Of a stretch of 32,150 nt of DNA, positions 1 through 9,325 are shown piece after piece (within the stretch, counting starts at the first letter, position 1; each line of letters begins with the position of its first letter). The translations under genes and the position numbers were made by a program. This stretch comes from a virus (Duplodnaviria > Caudoviricetes): positions 1 through 32,150 of IMG/VR virus record IMGVR_UViG_3300020044_008460. One strand, given 5' to 3'. The notes below the pieces were generated by a model that searched no databases, was not told the DNA's origin, and was given only the letters and a program-made list of their open reading frames with translations.

Positions 1-2
1 TT

Positions 3-170
3 CCCCGACACGCAGAAGAACCGCCCGACATGCACCTAACGGTGAATGAAAAACAGGACTTCCGCGTGAGATACGCCAGAACCGACAAACGCTTCGTACC
101 CCGGCTGGATAAAGCCGACGTCGAGCGCCCGCCGGTTACTGGGGAGCAGAAGGCGTTTGCTCTTGTGTAG
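3..170 (+). CDS. possible 3' end of a convergent gene, truncated by the window edge
   Basis: Frame 3 is open from the window edge (PRHAEEPPDMHLTV...KAFALV) to TAG at 168-170 and overlaps the end of the minus-strand module. No homology recognised. Confidence 0.25.
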   Translation, partial: PRHAEEPPDMHLTVNEKQDFRVRYARTDKRFVPRLDKADVERPPVTGEQKAFALV

Positions 171-2133
171 GTGCGGATCGACCGCGGAAGGCGTTGGAGG
201 CCGCGACGACGTTCGTCAGGGCTCCGGAGGTTTGCTTAGAAGCATATCTCCGGAGTGCTGAAGCGAAGATGCTGTTGGTGGAGAGCATGGCTTCTACCAT
301 CTTGGGGATGTTCTGATACTGGTGTAGGACTCCCGCGGTTCCGAGGGCGATAATAACGGGCCGGGATAGGATGTCTTCCTCGGAACTCTGGCGATTAGCC
401 GCGTAGTAACCTGCTCCTGCGATACCCGCGCCGCCTCCCATGCCCAGGACGACCTTTAAGGCATTGGGGTTGTTTCGAGATTTTTCAGCCGCAGAGAGGA
501 GTTTTTCCACACCAACGAGGACTTGGTGAGCGTTCGGATTGTCGAAGAGGTAGTCGACGGTTTCCTTCGGGAGTTTCGCGAGTTGCTCCCCGAAGCGTTT
601 TCCGGAGAGGGCTTTTCCGGGGCTGACCGAGTCGTTGATGTCGACGGCAGTGTCGAACATGTGCGCCATCACTTTGTTTTTGATCGCCGTGTGTTCCGCG
701 GATTTCGGGCCGAATAACTGAACCATACCTTCGACACGTTCGACGGATTTCTCCGGGTGTTCGAAGAAGTCCTTGACGATCACATCCGGGTGGTTGGAGG
801 CGAGCCACTTAGCCGCGGCGGTTTTCTGCGGCGTTAGGTCGTTAGGGTGAAAACTGGTTTGTTGACCGATGTCGTCGAAGACTGCTTGGGCGGCGTATTT
901 TTCGATTTCGGCCTTTTCCTGCGCCGTGCGAGCCCGGGAGGTGATGCGATCCAAGGTCTTCTGGTAGTTCTCGGCTTTAGTCAAGTCGAGTTCGGCCTTC
1001 ACGACCCCCGGGGCTTTGTTTGCCCGTCGCTGAGTTACCAGTTCGGTGTGAGCTTCCAGCTTTTGTCTTGCGAAGGCGAGTTCGGTATCCAGTCTCTGCG
1101 CCGTCGGAGTATCGGCGTTTTGAAATTTCGCCCGTTGTTTAACGAGTTCTGAAATCTCACCCTGAAGGTTATTCTTCGAGCGAAACTCCATGAGCCGCCG
1201 GGTGGCTTCGATTTGGTTCTCCGACACAAGGGCTTTGTTCGCCGCGTTAACCTGCTGGGTGGCTTTTCCGCGCGGGCCGATTCGACCTATTGCAACTTTA
1301 TTCGTTTCGTCTCCGAGTTTAGCCTTGAAACCGGTCGTTTGTTCAATGTAGTCCGCGGCGTCGGAGAGAGCCTGCATCTTCGGAGCGTTATCGAGCATCG
1401 TCCCGCGGCTCCCAGGTAGTATCTTCGACGGGGCGAGTTTATCCGCCGCCTCCCGAGCCTGTTCTTTCGCAATAATCGGAGCCGCTTTCATTTTGTTTGA
1501 AATCTTACCGCCTAACCAGCCTGAACCAAGGCCGATACTGGCTCCTAGAGTGGCGGGGAGGGCGGCGGATTCATCTGAGCCGAGGGTAGAAGCCGCGCCA
1601 GCTGCGCCACCGACCGCGGTATTCGTCGCAATCGGGTGTTTCGCCATACTAGCCGCGAGCTTTTCACCTAGAGGGCCGAGGCGTTTTAGTAAGCCGCCAG
1701 CTTCCCCCGCGCCGGGGATACCGGAGATAAATTCCGACAGAATATCGCCGCTTGTGATAGGGCGATAGTTGGTGGGGCTTCCGCCGTTTAAACGGTCCAT
1801 CCCCTCGCCGATACCGGCGTTGATAGCCCCGCCGATAAGGGCGTTCGGCCTACCCCCGCCCATGATCGCGGGGAATCCGAATTCCATCACGCGGCGGAGG
1901 TAGCGATTTTCCTCCCCCGGCATCATAGTCGCGGCGTTCGCGGGGCTGAGAGGGTCGGGGGCTTCGGCTTCCGCCAGCGCATCCGGATCGCCCATACGAA
2001 GCGGCCCGAGTTGCGGGAACAACGACATCGCCTTTGCCTTAGCCGCTTTTGGATCAGGCGCGAGGATATAGACCGGCTTATTCTGCTCGTCCCAGTGGAG
2101 GTATTCTTTCTGCGGAGTCTCAGGAGGGGGCAT
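136..2133 (-). CDS. internal virion / DNA ejection protein (putative)
   Basis: 665 aa ORF, last of three large tightly packed genes after the tail nozzle. It has Gly/Ala-rich hydrophobic segments (VGGAAGAASTLG, VVLGMGGGAGIAGAGYY) and a helical middle. The position is typical of podovirus ejection proteins. Confidence 0.55.
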   Translation of the reverse strand: MPPPETPQKEYLHWDEQNKPVYILAPDPKAAKAKAMSLFPQLGPLRMGDPDALAEAEAPDPLSPANAATMMPGEENRYLRRVMEFGFPAIMGGGRPNALIGGAINAGIGEGMDRLNGGSPTNYRPITSGDILSEFISGIPGAGEAGGLLKRLGPLGEKLAASMAKHPIATNTAVGGAAGAASTLGSDESAALPATLGASIGLGSGWLGGKISNKMKAAPIIAKEQAREAADKLAPSKILPGSRGTMLDNAPKMQALSDAADYIEQTTGFKAKLGDETNKVAIGRIGPRGKATQQVNAANKALVSENQIEATRRLMEFRSKNNLQGEISELVKQRAKFQNADTPTAQRLDTELAFARQKLEAHTELVTQRRANKAPGVVKAELDLTKAENYQKTLDRITSRARTAQEKAEIEKYAAQAVFDDIGQQTSFHPNDLTPQKTAAAKWLASNHPDVIVKDFFEHPEKSVERVEGMVQLFGPKSAEHTAIKNKVMAHMFDTAVDINDSVSPGKALSGKRFGEQLAKLPKETVDYLFDNPNAHQVLVGVEKLLSAAEKSRNNPNALKVVLGMGGGAGIAGAGYYAANRQSSEEDILSRPVIIALGTAGVLHQYQNIPKMVEAMLSTNSIFASALRRYASKQTSGALTNVVAASNAFRGRSAPTQEQTPSAPQ

Positions 2134-2136
2134 GGA

Positions 2137-4023
2137 TTAGTACCTCGGGGCTTTCGAAAGGTCGCCGAATTGGGCGCGGTAGGTGTCGGCGTAGAGTTTC
2201 ATCGGGTCGGAGAGTTCGCCGATTACTTTTCGGTATTGTTCGGCTACTTTCTTACGATCACCGGGTGCAGTTTTCGGCAGGATGTCGCGCATTTTCTTAT
2301 ACAGATTAGTGATTTGTCCAATACGGTCGCCGACTTCCTTTTCCGGGAAGAAAGTGCCGAGGCTGTCGGGAGCGGCTTCTTCTTGTAACATCCGGTATTT
2401 CTGAAGGGAAGCCATGAAGTGGAGCGCAAGGCCTTTCTGAATCGCGTATTCCGGACCTTCGAAGGCGCTGGCGGTGTCTCCGAGAGCGGGGTACCGTTCG
2501 GCGATACGTTTAAGTTCCGGCATACCCGCGCCTTGACCGGTCACAAACCGACGATAGTCATCGTTGATCTTGCGGAAGGATTGATTCGCGATGGTGATGG
2601 CTGGGTCGATCTTTCCATCATATTTCCCTTTTATCGTGTTTAGTTTTCCGCGAACACCTGCGGCATTTTGTAGACTCGGGGTACCCTCGCCGTCGAAAGA
2701 GAACATGGTTCCGAAGAGAGAGCCCATGATTCCACGACCACCGCGAACTTGGTCTTTAAGGCTTTCATACGCCTTTTGTTTATCTCGGCTGAAGATTGTC
2801 CCTTTACGCTTGAGTTCGTTTTCCAACTGACGCTCAGTGGCGCTGTAATCGTCGTGATTCTCTACGACCTTCTGCGGGTTGAGGTTTTTCGCGAGCGGAG
2901 CAGTCGGGTTCGGATTTACCGTGGTTGGCGTCGGCTGTTTGGTGATGTAGGGCTTTCCGTCCCCGCCCGCTGGAGCCGTGGACTGCATCGGGGGAGCCGG
3001 GGTGGTTTCGGTAGAGGGGACTTGCTTGTCCGGAGAACCGGCTTTTCGGAAAATGTCATCGAGGGCGTCGAGGTTTGAGAACCCGACGGGCTTTTTGACC
3101 AGACGTTCGCCCGGTATTGGCCGGTTTGTAATGTTTCCGTCGGGGCCGGTGACTGCCTGCCAGCGATTGGTGGGAATGGCCGTGTACTCGCCCTCTCCCG
3201 GTAGTTGTAGTTTAACTTTTGACGCCGCGGATACCTTCGCGAGAGGGTTGAGTAGTTCCGGTTTGTTACCAAAGATTGTTGCATTCCGACTTTGATTAGT
3301 TTGTCCGGTATCTTTGGCCTGGGCACGACTCTTCTCCGCATTTGCTTCGTTTAGTGCGCGCTTGGATTCCTCCGTTTTTCCCTGCTCTAATAGTAAAGCT
3401 GCTCGGGCAGCGTGCTCTTGTGCCTTTGGCGAGGCGGGATCATTACGAAGACGGGCAATCTCAACACCCATTGCTTTTTTCTCTTGCGCGATCTTCGCCA
3501 CATTAGCCTGCTGCGCGGCCTGACCCATACGGGCGAGGGTTGCGGTGGAGTCTTTGCCGAGGACTTCGTTTTCGAGTTTGTAGTCTTCTTGCGCCTGACG
3601 ACGGGCTTTTTCTCGAATCGTCGGAGTGCGGTTGTAGCCGGCGGCGAGGGAGTCGAGGCCTTCGGTAATACCGCGAAGAGCAGAACGCCACTTCGGATTC
3701 TTCTCGCCGAGCTTCACGCCGAACATCTGTTGGATTTTCTGCTTGTAAATCTCCTCCTCCCGCTTATCCGGCGTTTTCAAAGCCGCGTTTCGAGAAGCTC
3801 GGAGGAGAGGTTCGTTTTCCGCAACAAGTCGTTGAAACATCTCCATAGCATCTTCGGTGTCAGGAGTCGTCGTTTGCTGAGATGCCGAGGGTTGTACTGC
3901 GGCGAGCGGATTTCCCGGCGCGCCAACAGGGTTCGGTATACCGAGCGGAGTGTTATCCCCGAGACCGGATAGTGTGGTTCCGACATCTGACATCTGTCCG
4001 AAGAGATTATCGAGTGCGCCCAT
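2137..4023 (-). CDS. internal virion / ejection protein (putative)
   Basis: 628 aa ORF with a GGAGG SD. Its ATG overlaps the upstream stop (TAAATAATG). It has a coiled-coil-like N-terminal half and a Pro/Thr linker, and lies in the ejection cluster. Confidence 0.55.
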   Translation of the reverse strand: MGALDNLFGQMSDVGTTLSGLGDNTPLGIPNPVGAPGNPLAAVQPSASQQTTTPDTEDAMEMFQRLVAENEPLLRASRNAALKTPDKREEEIYKQKIQQMFGVKLGEKNPKWRSALRGITEGLDSLAAGYNRTPTIREKARRQAQEDYKLENEVLGKDSTATLARMGQAAQQANVAKIAQEKKAMGVEIARLRNDPASPKAQEHAARAALLLEQGKTEESKRALNEANAEKSRAQAKDTGQTNQSRNATIFGNKPELLNPLAKVSAASKVKLQLPGEGEYTAIPTNRWQAVTGPDGNITNRPIPGERLVKKPVGFSNLDALDDIFRKAGSPDKQVPSTETTPAPPMQSTAPAGGDGKPYITKQPTPTTVNPNPTAPLAKNLNPQKVVENHDDYSATERQLENELKRKGTIFSRDKQKAYESLKDQVRGGRGIMGSLFGTMFSFDGEGTPSLQNAAGVRGKLNTIKGKYDGKIDPAITIANQSFRKINDDYRRFVTGQGAGMPELKRIAERYPALGDTASAFEGPEYAIQKGLALHFMASLQKYRMLQEEAAPDSLGTFFPEKEVGDRIGQITNLYKKMRDILPKTAPGDRKKVAEQYRKVIGELSDPMKLYADTYRAQFGDLSKAPRY

Positions 4024-6323
4024 TATTTACCTCCTTGAGAGGTCGGTGTTCCGACGCCAGCCCAGGTATTCGGCGTGCCCGGCATACCGGGGAGTCCCGA
4101 AGTGTTATTCCCGAAGGTCGACATGATATTTCCTACCTGACTGGAGAGTTGCGTGAGCGGGTTTATTCCAATATTCTGCCAGCCGGAGATAGCGTTGTTA
4201 ATCGCGTTCCCCTGCTGCGAAACACCGTTGTTCATCGCGCCGAAGATGTTGTTAAATCGCTGCTGGCCGAGTTGGCCGGAACTGATTCCAAGCTGGCCCA
4301 GGTTGCTTCCGGCATTACCGGCGAGTTGTCCAGCGCCGAGACCGTAGTTTTGAGCCGCCGTGTTAGCCGCGCCGGAAAGTTCGGAGCCTTTTAGCGCAGT
4401 ATTCAGCCAGTTGGATAGGAAGTTCCCGCCGAGGTTCATGCGGTTCGTTTGATCCGTGGAAGCGCCGAGACCGAGTTGGCCGAGAGTCCCGGCGTTATTC
4501 GTAGCCGCGCCCTGGGCTCCCGTCTGAAGTTTCAGAGCTTCGAGTAACCGGTTTGTTTGAAGGTTTTCCAGGTTACTGAGCCCCGAGAAACCGGTGTTCG
4601 CCCGGTCGGTAGCAAGAGCGGTTCCTTTTCCAAGCAAGTCGCCGCCGGTCGAGAATCGGGAAGCCGCTACGCCTTCGAGGCCTTTGAGGAGGTCGGCGTA
4701 GGTTCCGAGTGTGCCGCGCTCTAATTCGCCCGAAGCTGCACCCATGGCGCTGCCGGTTTTCAAATAATCCATCAACACATTCTGCTGTTTCGCCCGGGCG
4801 TCGTTACCCGCGGCGGATTCGGCGCGGAGAGCTTGGTCGGCGAAGTCTGCCATACCTTGGTTCTGCGATCCCGAAGCGACGATAGAACCGGGGCCTCCGC
4901 CCCGTGCCAGAGCGCGAGCGCGGACGGACTCACCCTGTTGAGCGGCGGCAGTAGCGGCGGCGTCACGGGCGGCAGACACGGCGTCTTCGAGAGACATCGT
5001 GGGGTTGGTTTTGAGGATTTCGAGGGCTTTTTGCTGGAGGGCTTGGGAGGTAGCCGTCGCGCCTCCGTTCTGGAGACCTTGTAGTGCGGCGAGTTCGCCC
5101 ACTGCTCCGGTGTTGGTGAGACCCCCGACGCCGAGATTTCCCGTTAAGGCGTTCTGACCCGCGGCGTCCAGGGCTTGCGTGCCCTTGGTGGCCCCGCCGT
5201 TCATGAGCATTGCCAGAGCCTGCTGAATCCCCGTCTGCGACCCAGCAGTGGCCCCTCCCTGCGCCTGGATGCCCTGTGCGCCGCTTAAAACTGAACGAAG
5301 GATGTCCGTTAACCCCCCGTCGTTCACAGCGTTTAGGGCCCGATCTTGCACGCCGCGGTTAAAATCAGTACCGCCGCCGGTATTTAACAGATTCTGCCCG
5401 ATATTTGAAAACGCCTTCATCGGGTCATTCTGCCCGGTGGCAAACTCCTGCCCCTGTTCGAAAAGTTGATTTCCTTTATTCGTCCAGCCGCCGTTTCCGA
5501 AGATCCCGGAGGCCCCGCTTAGGATATCCCGAAGGCTACCACCAGCGGCTTCCGTATCGGCGTTTCCGAAAGAGCCGCCGTATTGTTCCATCAGGCCGGG
5601 GATTAAATCCGAAAGGCCGAAGGCGGAGTTCATATACGGGTCGATACCGCGATTCGCTGCTCCGCCGAAAGCATTTGCGCCTTGATTTGCTTGATCGCGA
5701 AGATCGCCAGCTATACTTGCGTAGTTATTTTTCCAAGCATCGTACTCGCCGCGCCCGAAGTTCAGGTTGTTTACATAAGCCCCGCGGAGCCAGTCGAGGG
5801 CTTGCTGGTTTCCGATACCGTTGTAGACGTCGCCGAAGAGGTTTCCGAGGCTACCGGCGGTTCCGAGGAGTTGATTTATTGTGGCGAGGGCTCCGGGAAG
5901 AGTCGCCTTAGCCGCATTAGCCGCATTCGCCGCAGCACCCGCACCTCCAGAAGAATTTGCTCCCGTGCCCGGCGTAGAAGCATTCGGGTTAAACCCAGGA
6001 GTTCCCCCAGGCCCAGAGCCTCTACCCTGACCCCCGCCTAGAATCAAGCTGACTACATCTGCCCAAGATGACACGTTATTTGCTCCCGCTCCTGTGGTAT
6101 TGCCCTGCCCCGGATAATTACCCGGGTAGAAGTTCGAATACTGCCCGCCGCCATAGCCCGCGCCGAAGGGGTCGTAGATACCACCACCGCCCCAGCCGTC
6201 GTTCCAGCCGCCCCAGCCGCCGCTATTCCAGCCGCCCGGACCACCCCAGCCATCCCACATCGGGTTATCATAGGGATCGCCCCCGCCACCGAAGACGTTG
6301 GATAAAAAAGATTGCAGGCTCAA
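4023..6323 (-). CDS. Gly/Ala/Asn-rich internal virion (ejection/pilot-type) protein
   Basis: 766 aa ORF with a TTG start. It is very rich in G/A/N/Q/L and has a Trp-Gly low-complexity N-terminus. It follows the nozzle gene, as podovirus pilot proteins do. Confidence 0.55.
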   Translation of the reverse strand: MSLQSFLSNVFGGGGDPYDNPMWDGWGGPGGWNSGGWGGWNDGWGGGGIYDPFGAGYGGGQYSNFYPGNYPGQGNTTGAGANNVSSWADVVSLILGGGQGRGSGPGGTPGFNPNASTPGTGANSSGGAGAAANAANAAKATLPGALATINQLLGTAGSLGNLFGDVYNGIGNQQALDWLRGAYVNNLNFGRGEYDAWKNNYASIAGDLRDQANQGANAFGGAANRGIDPYMNSAFGLSDLIPGLMEQYGGSFGNADTEAAGGSLRDILSGASGIFGNGGWTNKGNQLFEQGQEFATGQNDPMKAFSNIGQNLLNTGGGTDFNRGVQDRALNAVNDGGLTDILRSVLSGAQGIQAQGGATAGSQTGIQQALAMLMNGGATKGTQALDAAGQNALTGNLGVGGLTNTGAVGELAALQGLQNGGATATSQALQQKALEILKTNPTMSLEDAVSAARDAAATAAAQQGESVRARALARGGGPGSIVASGSQNQGMADFADQALRAESAAGNDARAKQQNVLMDYLKTGSAMGAASGELERGTLGTYADLLKGLEGVAASRFSTGGDLLGKGTALATDRANTGFSGLSNLENLQTNRLLEALKLQTGAQGAATNNAGTLGQLGLGASTDQTNRMNLGGNFLSNWLNTALKGSELSGAANTAAQNYGLGAGQLAGNAGSNLGQLGISSGQLGQQRFNNIFGAMNNGVSQQGNAINNAISGWQNIGINPLTQLSSQVGNIMSTFGNNTSGLPGMPGTPNTWAGVGTPTSQGGK

Positions 6324-6349
6324 TGTGAGGTGTCCTCACATCTATTCTA
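6323..6349 (-). promoter_or_regulatory. -10-like box (TAGAAT) plus hairpin over the SD and start of the 766 aa gene
   Basis: The minus strand reads TAGAAT-AG-ATGTGAGG-ACA-CCTCACAT-TG. This is a perfect 8-bp inverted repeat (6323-6330/6334-6341) containing GAGG and the first base of the TTG. Confidence 0.55.
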
Positions 6350-6354
6350 CCGTT

Positions 6355-6753
6355 CTACGCCGCCGCGATAGCCGCGGAGGGTGAAGACTCCTGGGAGTTG
6401 ACGAAGCCGTTGTTTAACTGTGTTTGGACAAAGAAGGTTAGCCGGGAGCCGGAAGGGGCGAGAATTTGTACCGTCGCGGGGGATTTTCGAGCCGCGGTTA
6501 TTAAAGTGGACTGTTGGATTTGTCCCGAAACCGTGTAGTATATGTTATATGCCGCGATTTTCCCAGTGAAGCCTTCGGGCTCTAACCAGGAGATTATGTA
6601 CTTAGTCGGGGCGGGGGAGAAGACTTTAACTGACGAGACGTAAGGAACCCGGGTAAACCCACGTTGTTGTGGTGGTAGAGAAGTTCCTTCCGCGGCGTTG
6701 GTGCGGTTTATCAGCCGGTCGAGACTGTATTGATCTTCGCGGTTGTATTCCAT
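6355..6753 (-). CDS. fibronectin type III-like virion protein
   Basis: FN3-like pattern YIISWLEPE...IAAYNIYY...LTFFVQT. The start overlaps the upstream stop (TAATG). Confidence 0.55.
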   Translation of the reverse strand: MEYNREDQYSLDRLINRTNAAEGTSLPPQQRGFTRVPYVSSVKVFSPAPTKYIISWLEPEGFTGKIAAYNIYYTVSGQIQQSTLITAARKSPATVQILAPSGSRLTFFVQTQLNNGFVNSQESSPSAAIAAA

Positions 6754-7001
6754 TATTTCGGCTCCTTCAGGTCGAATAGCTTAATCGCGGCTTTTCGGGC
6801 TTTTAGGAAAAGAACATGGTCGATCTCGCGCTTTGATTTATCACAAACCGGCGGTTCGAATGTCCGGGTCATCGCACAGCCAGTGAGTTTGTAGAGAAAA
6901 GGCGTCCAGTGCTTCTCGAACTCGATAATGTCCGGTACCATGTCCGCTTGAGAGGCGCTGGTTATTTGGGCGAGGTAGAGGATTATGATGAACCGCATCA
7001 C
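6753..7001 (-). CDS. small protein with hydrophobic N-terminus (exported or membrane-anchored)
   Basis: 82 aa. MRFIIILYLAQ... resembles a signal or anchor peptide. It has two Cys and overlaps both neighbours. Confidence 0.5.
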   Translation of the reverse strand: MMRFIIILYLAQITSASQADMVPDIIEFEKHWTPFLYKLTGCAMTRTFEPPVCDKSKREIDHVLFLKARKAAIKLFDLKEPK

Positions 7002-9325
7002 GGCCCCGATCCGGCCTCGGGCTGGAAGACGAGGGAGAGATTGAGGACTTCGATTAGGTCGGAAGTGGCGTCTCGCTGCATTTCGATGGCGAAGCGGTGG
7101 CCGACGCCTAAGCGAGTTAGGAGACGGGAAGCGTAGCCCTTCGAAGCCCCGCGGCGGGAAGGCGGGTTAACGTAGCTTAATGATTCTGGAGACGTCCAGT
7201 AGTCGTCGACATACAGGAAAACCGACGGATCGAGATCCCCGGGGTAGAGTGTGCGGTCGTAGAGAACGCCGTACAAAAAGGGGTCGAGGGCCGGGTCGCG
7301 GAGGGCGTTGACGTGGTTTCCTGGAGGGTTGGTTAGCAGAGAGGTCCGAATCTGCCAGCCGTAGGGCCGCTGGACGCCGTTGAAGGAGTCCGTGCCGACG
7401 TTAACCCGGGGGTCGATGTAGTTTACACAAGAGTCTTCGGTGTCGTCGGTGAGGTAGTAGAGAAGGCGGCGTTGCTCAGACGGGATCGCGGGGATGATTC
7501 CGGAAGCTAAGGCCGTGGAGGGAATCGTCCAGGGGGTGTTCCAGAAGTCCGTATTCTTCTGCTGCGACTTTTTAATATCGTAGACATAGGTGCGGGAGTT
7601 CGCGACGTTAAGCGGTGTGCAGATGGCAACGACGAGCCATTCTTTCTCCAAATCCGCCCAGTATTCGATGTCGAAGTAGGTCTCGTCGTTGGATTCGAGG
7701 ATTTGGCGGAAGTCGTCGTACAGAGGGTCGGAGATGATGTCCGGTTGTTTCGCGCCGGGGTCTTTGATAACGGCTAACCGATAGTCGCCGGTTAGAAAAA
7801 CGACGTTAGATCCGTAGCGGGTAACCGCACGATGCTGACGGATAGCCGCGCCGTAATTGTCGTACAGCGGCTGGAGGTTGAAGGTCTCTTTCGTCGAGCC
7901 CGTGAGGATGTAGGTCTGAGCCTCCGACCAGGAGTAGAGGGCGGAATTAGTGGCGATGATATTCTGCCCCTCTTCCTGAAGCCGGAAGAAGTTACCGTAA
8001 AGCCCTGATGGGAAGCATTCTTCCGGGATACCTTCGGTCAGTTCTTCTTGCGCGGAGTAGAGGAGGATATTTTCAATCCAGAACCAGATGCGGCCTTGGT
8101 AGTAGGCGAGAGGGGAGGACTGTTGAACCGCGTCGGTGCCGACGATTTTAGGCGCGACACAGGAAGGCGGCGGGGAGTTGGAGGTTAGCGAAGGGGCGAC
8201 TTCAGCCGTGTTGATAAAGGCATCCGGGACCGGGTCGCTTTCGGTCGTACCCGCGGAGCCGGAAACGAAGGTTTTGTCTTCGTAGGTGAGAGAAGCCCCG
8301 GTGTTCGTAACTTCGTCGATTTTGTAGAACGTCCCGCCGCCGTCGGTGGTTCGGTAGATGCAGATGGTCGGGATGTTCGTGGTATCTGTGCCGGTGAGGT
8401 CGATTACGATTTTCGGGCACAGGTTTTTAAACGGCCCGGTTCCGGAGGGTGGGTAGTCGGGGTTTTCTTCCAGAGGAGCGCGATTCGAGACATTACCGGT
8501 GATGGATTTGTAAGCGTAGGTGTAGAACCAGCCCTGGGAGACGTCTATGGCGTGGGAGGAGGCGGTCCAGGAGTCGCGGTAGAGGATTAGGATACCCGTG
8601 TCGTGAGCCGCGGCGGTGGTTCCATTAGCCCCGCGGGTTACGTTGTACACGCCAGGGGCCGAGAGAGAGGTTACGGTGATTTCTTCGTATTCGACCTGCA
8701 CGGTGAAAGGGTAACCCGCCGGAAAGGCTCCGACGGCGACGGACCAGGATAAGGTGGTCGCGGTATCTGTTAAATCCGCGGTTAGCTTCCCCACCGTAGC
8801 GTTTAAACGCGCGGCTGATGTCGGGCCGAGGATACCCCAGGGTCGCACTGTCACAACCCCACCAGTTCCGTCGAAGATGACTGAGCCTAATTTCTCCCCC
8901 GTCGAAGCCCCCGGAAAGGCTTTGATATAGAAGCGGCCTCTCGCCGCGACACCTTCATGGGGGGTCACAGAGGCGTCTATCGACCGATACGAGCCCATGG
9001 ACGTCCATGTCGTGGGGTCGGTTGTCACGTTGCAATATTCGAGGTAATAAAGACCAGTGACGGAATCTAAAACCGAAGCGATGAAGTAGGTGATCGGAGT
9101 ATCCTCCATCGTCCGATACACCCAGAGACGATCCGCGCGGGTCTGATTCGCCCGAGGGGACACTGTTAAAGTCCCCGGGCGTTTCACCGACGCGCCTCCC
9201 AGAGTGACGTAGTTGTCGTAGCCGCCGATCAACCGCGGCGGTTTAGCCAGCGGGTGGAGGACTCGGTTGTACGGGAGTTCGAGATTTTCAAACTCCAATA
9301 CGTCGAATTGGGAGTTTTGGGCCAT
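6998..9325 (-). CDS. tail nozzle / tail tubular protein B-like (P22 gp10 / T7 gp12-type)
   Basis: 775 aa and beta-rich, with propeller-like motifs (LAYYQGRIWFW..NILLYS, VTRYGSNVVFLT). It lies between the adaptors and the ejection proteins. Confidence 0.7.
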   Translation of the reverse strand: MAQNSQFDVLEFENLELPYNRVLHPLAKPPRLIGGYDNYVTLGGASVKRPGTLTVSPRANQTRADRLWVYRTMEDTPITYFIASVLDSVTGLYYLEYCNVTTDPTTWTSMGSYRSIDASVTPHEGVAARGRFYIKAFPGASTGEKLGSVIFDGTGGVVTVRPWGILGPTSAARLNATVGKLTADLTDTATTLSWSVAVGAFPAGYPFTVQVEYEEITVTSLSAPGVYNVTRGANGTTAAAHDTGILILYRDSWTASSHAIDVSQGWFYTYAYKSITGNVSNRAPLEENPDYPPSGTGPFKNLCPKIVIDLTGTDTTNIPTICIYRTTDGGGTFYKIDEVTNTGASLTYEDKTFVSGSAGTTESDPVPDAFINTAEVAPSLTSNSPPPSCVAPKIVGTDAVQQSSPLAYYQGRIWFWIENILLYSAQEELTEGIPEECFPSGLYGNFFRLQEEGQNIIATNSALYSWSEAQTYILTGSTKETFNLQPLYDNYGAAIRQHRAVTRYGSNVVFLTGDYRLAVIKDPGAKQPDIISDPLYDDFRQILESNDETYFDIEYWADLEKEWLVVAICTPLNVANSRTYVYDIKKSQQKNTDFWNTPWTIPSTALASGIIPAIPSEQRRLLYYLTDDTEDSCVNYIDPRVNVGTDSFNGVQRPYGWQIRTSLLTNPPGNHVNALRDPALDPFLYGVLYDRTLYPGDLDPSVFLYVDDYWTSPESLSYVNPPSRRGASKGYASRLLTRLGVGHRFAIEMQRDATSDLIEVLNLSLVFQPEAGSGP

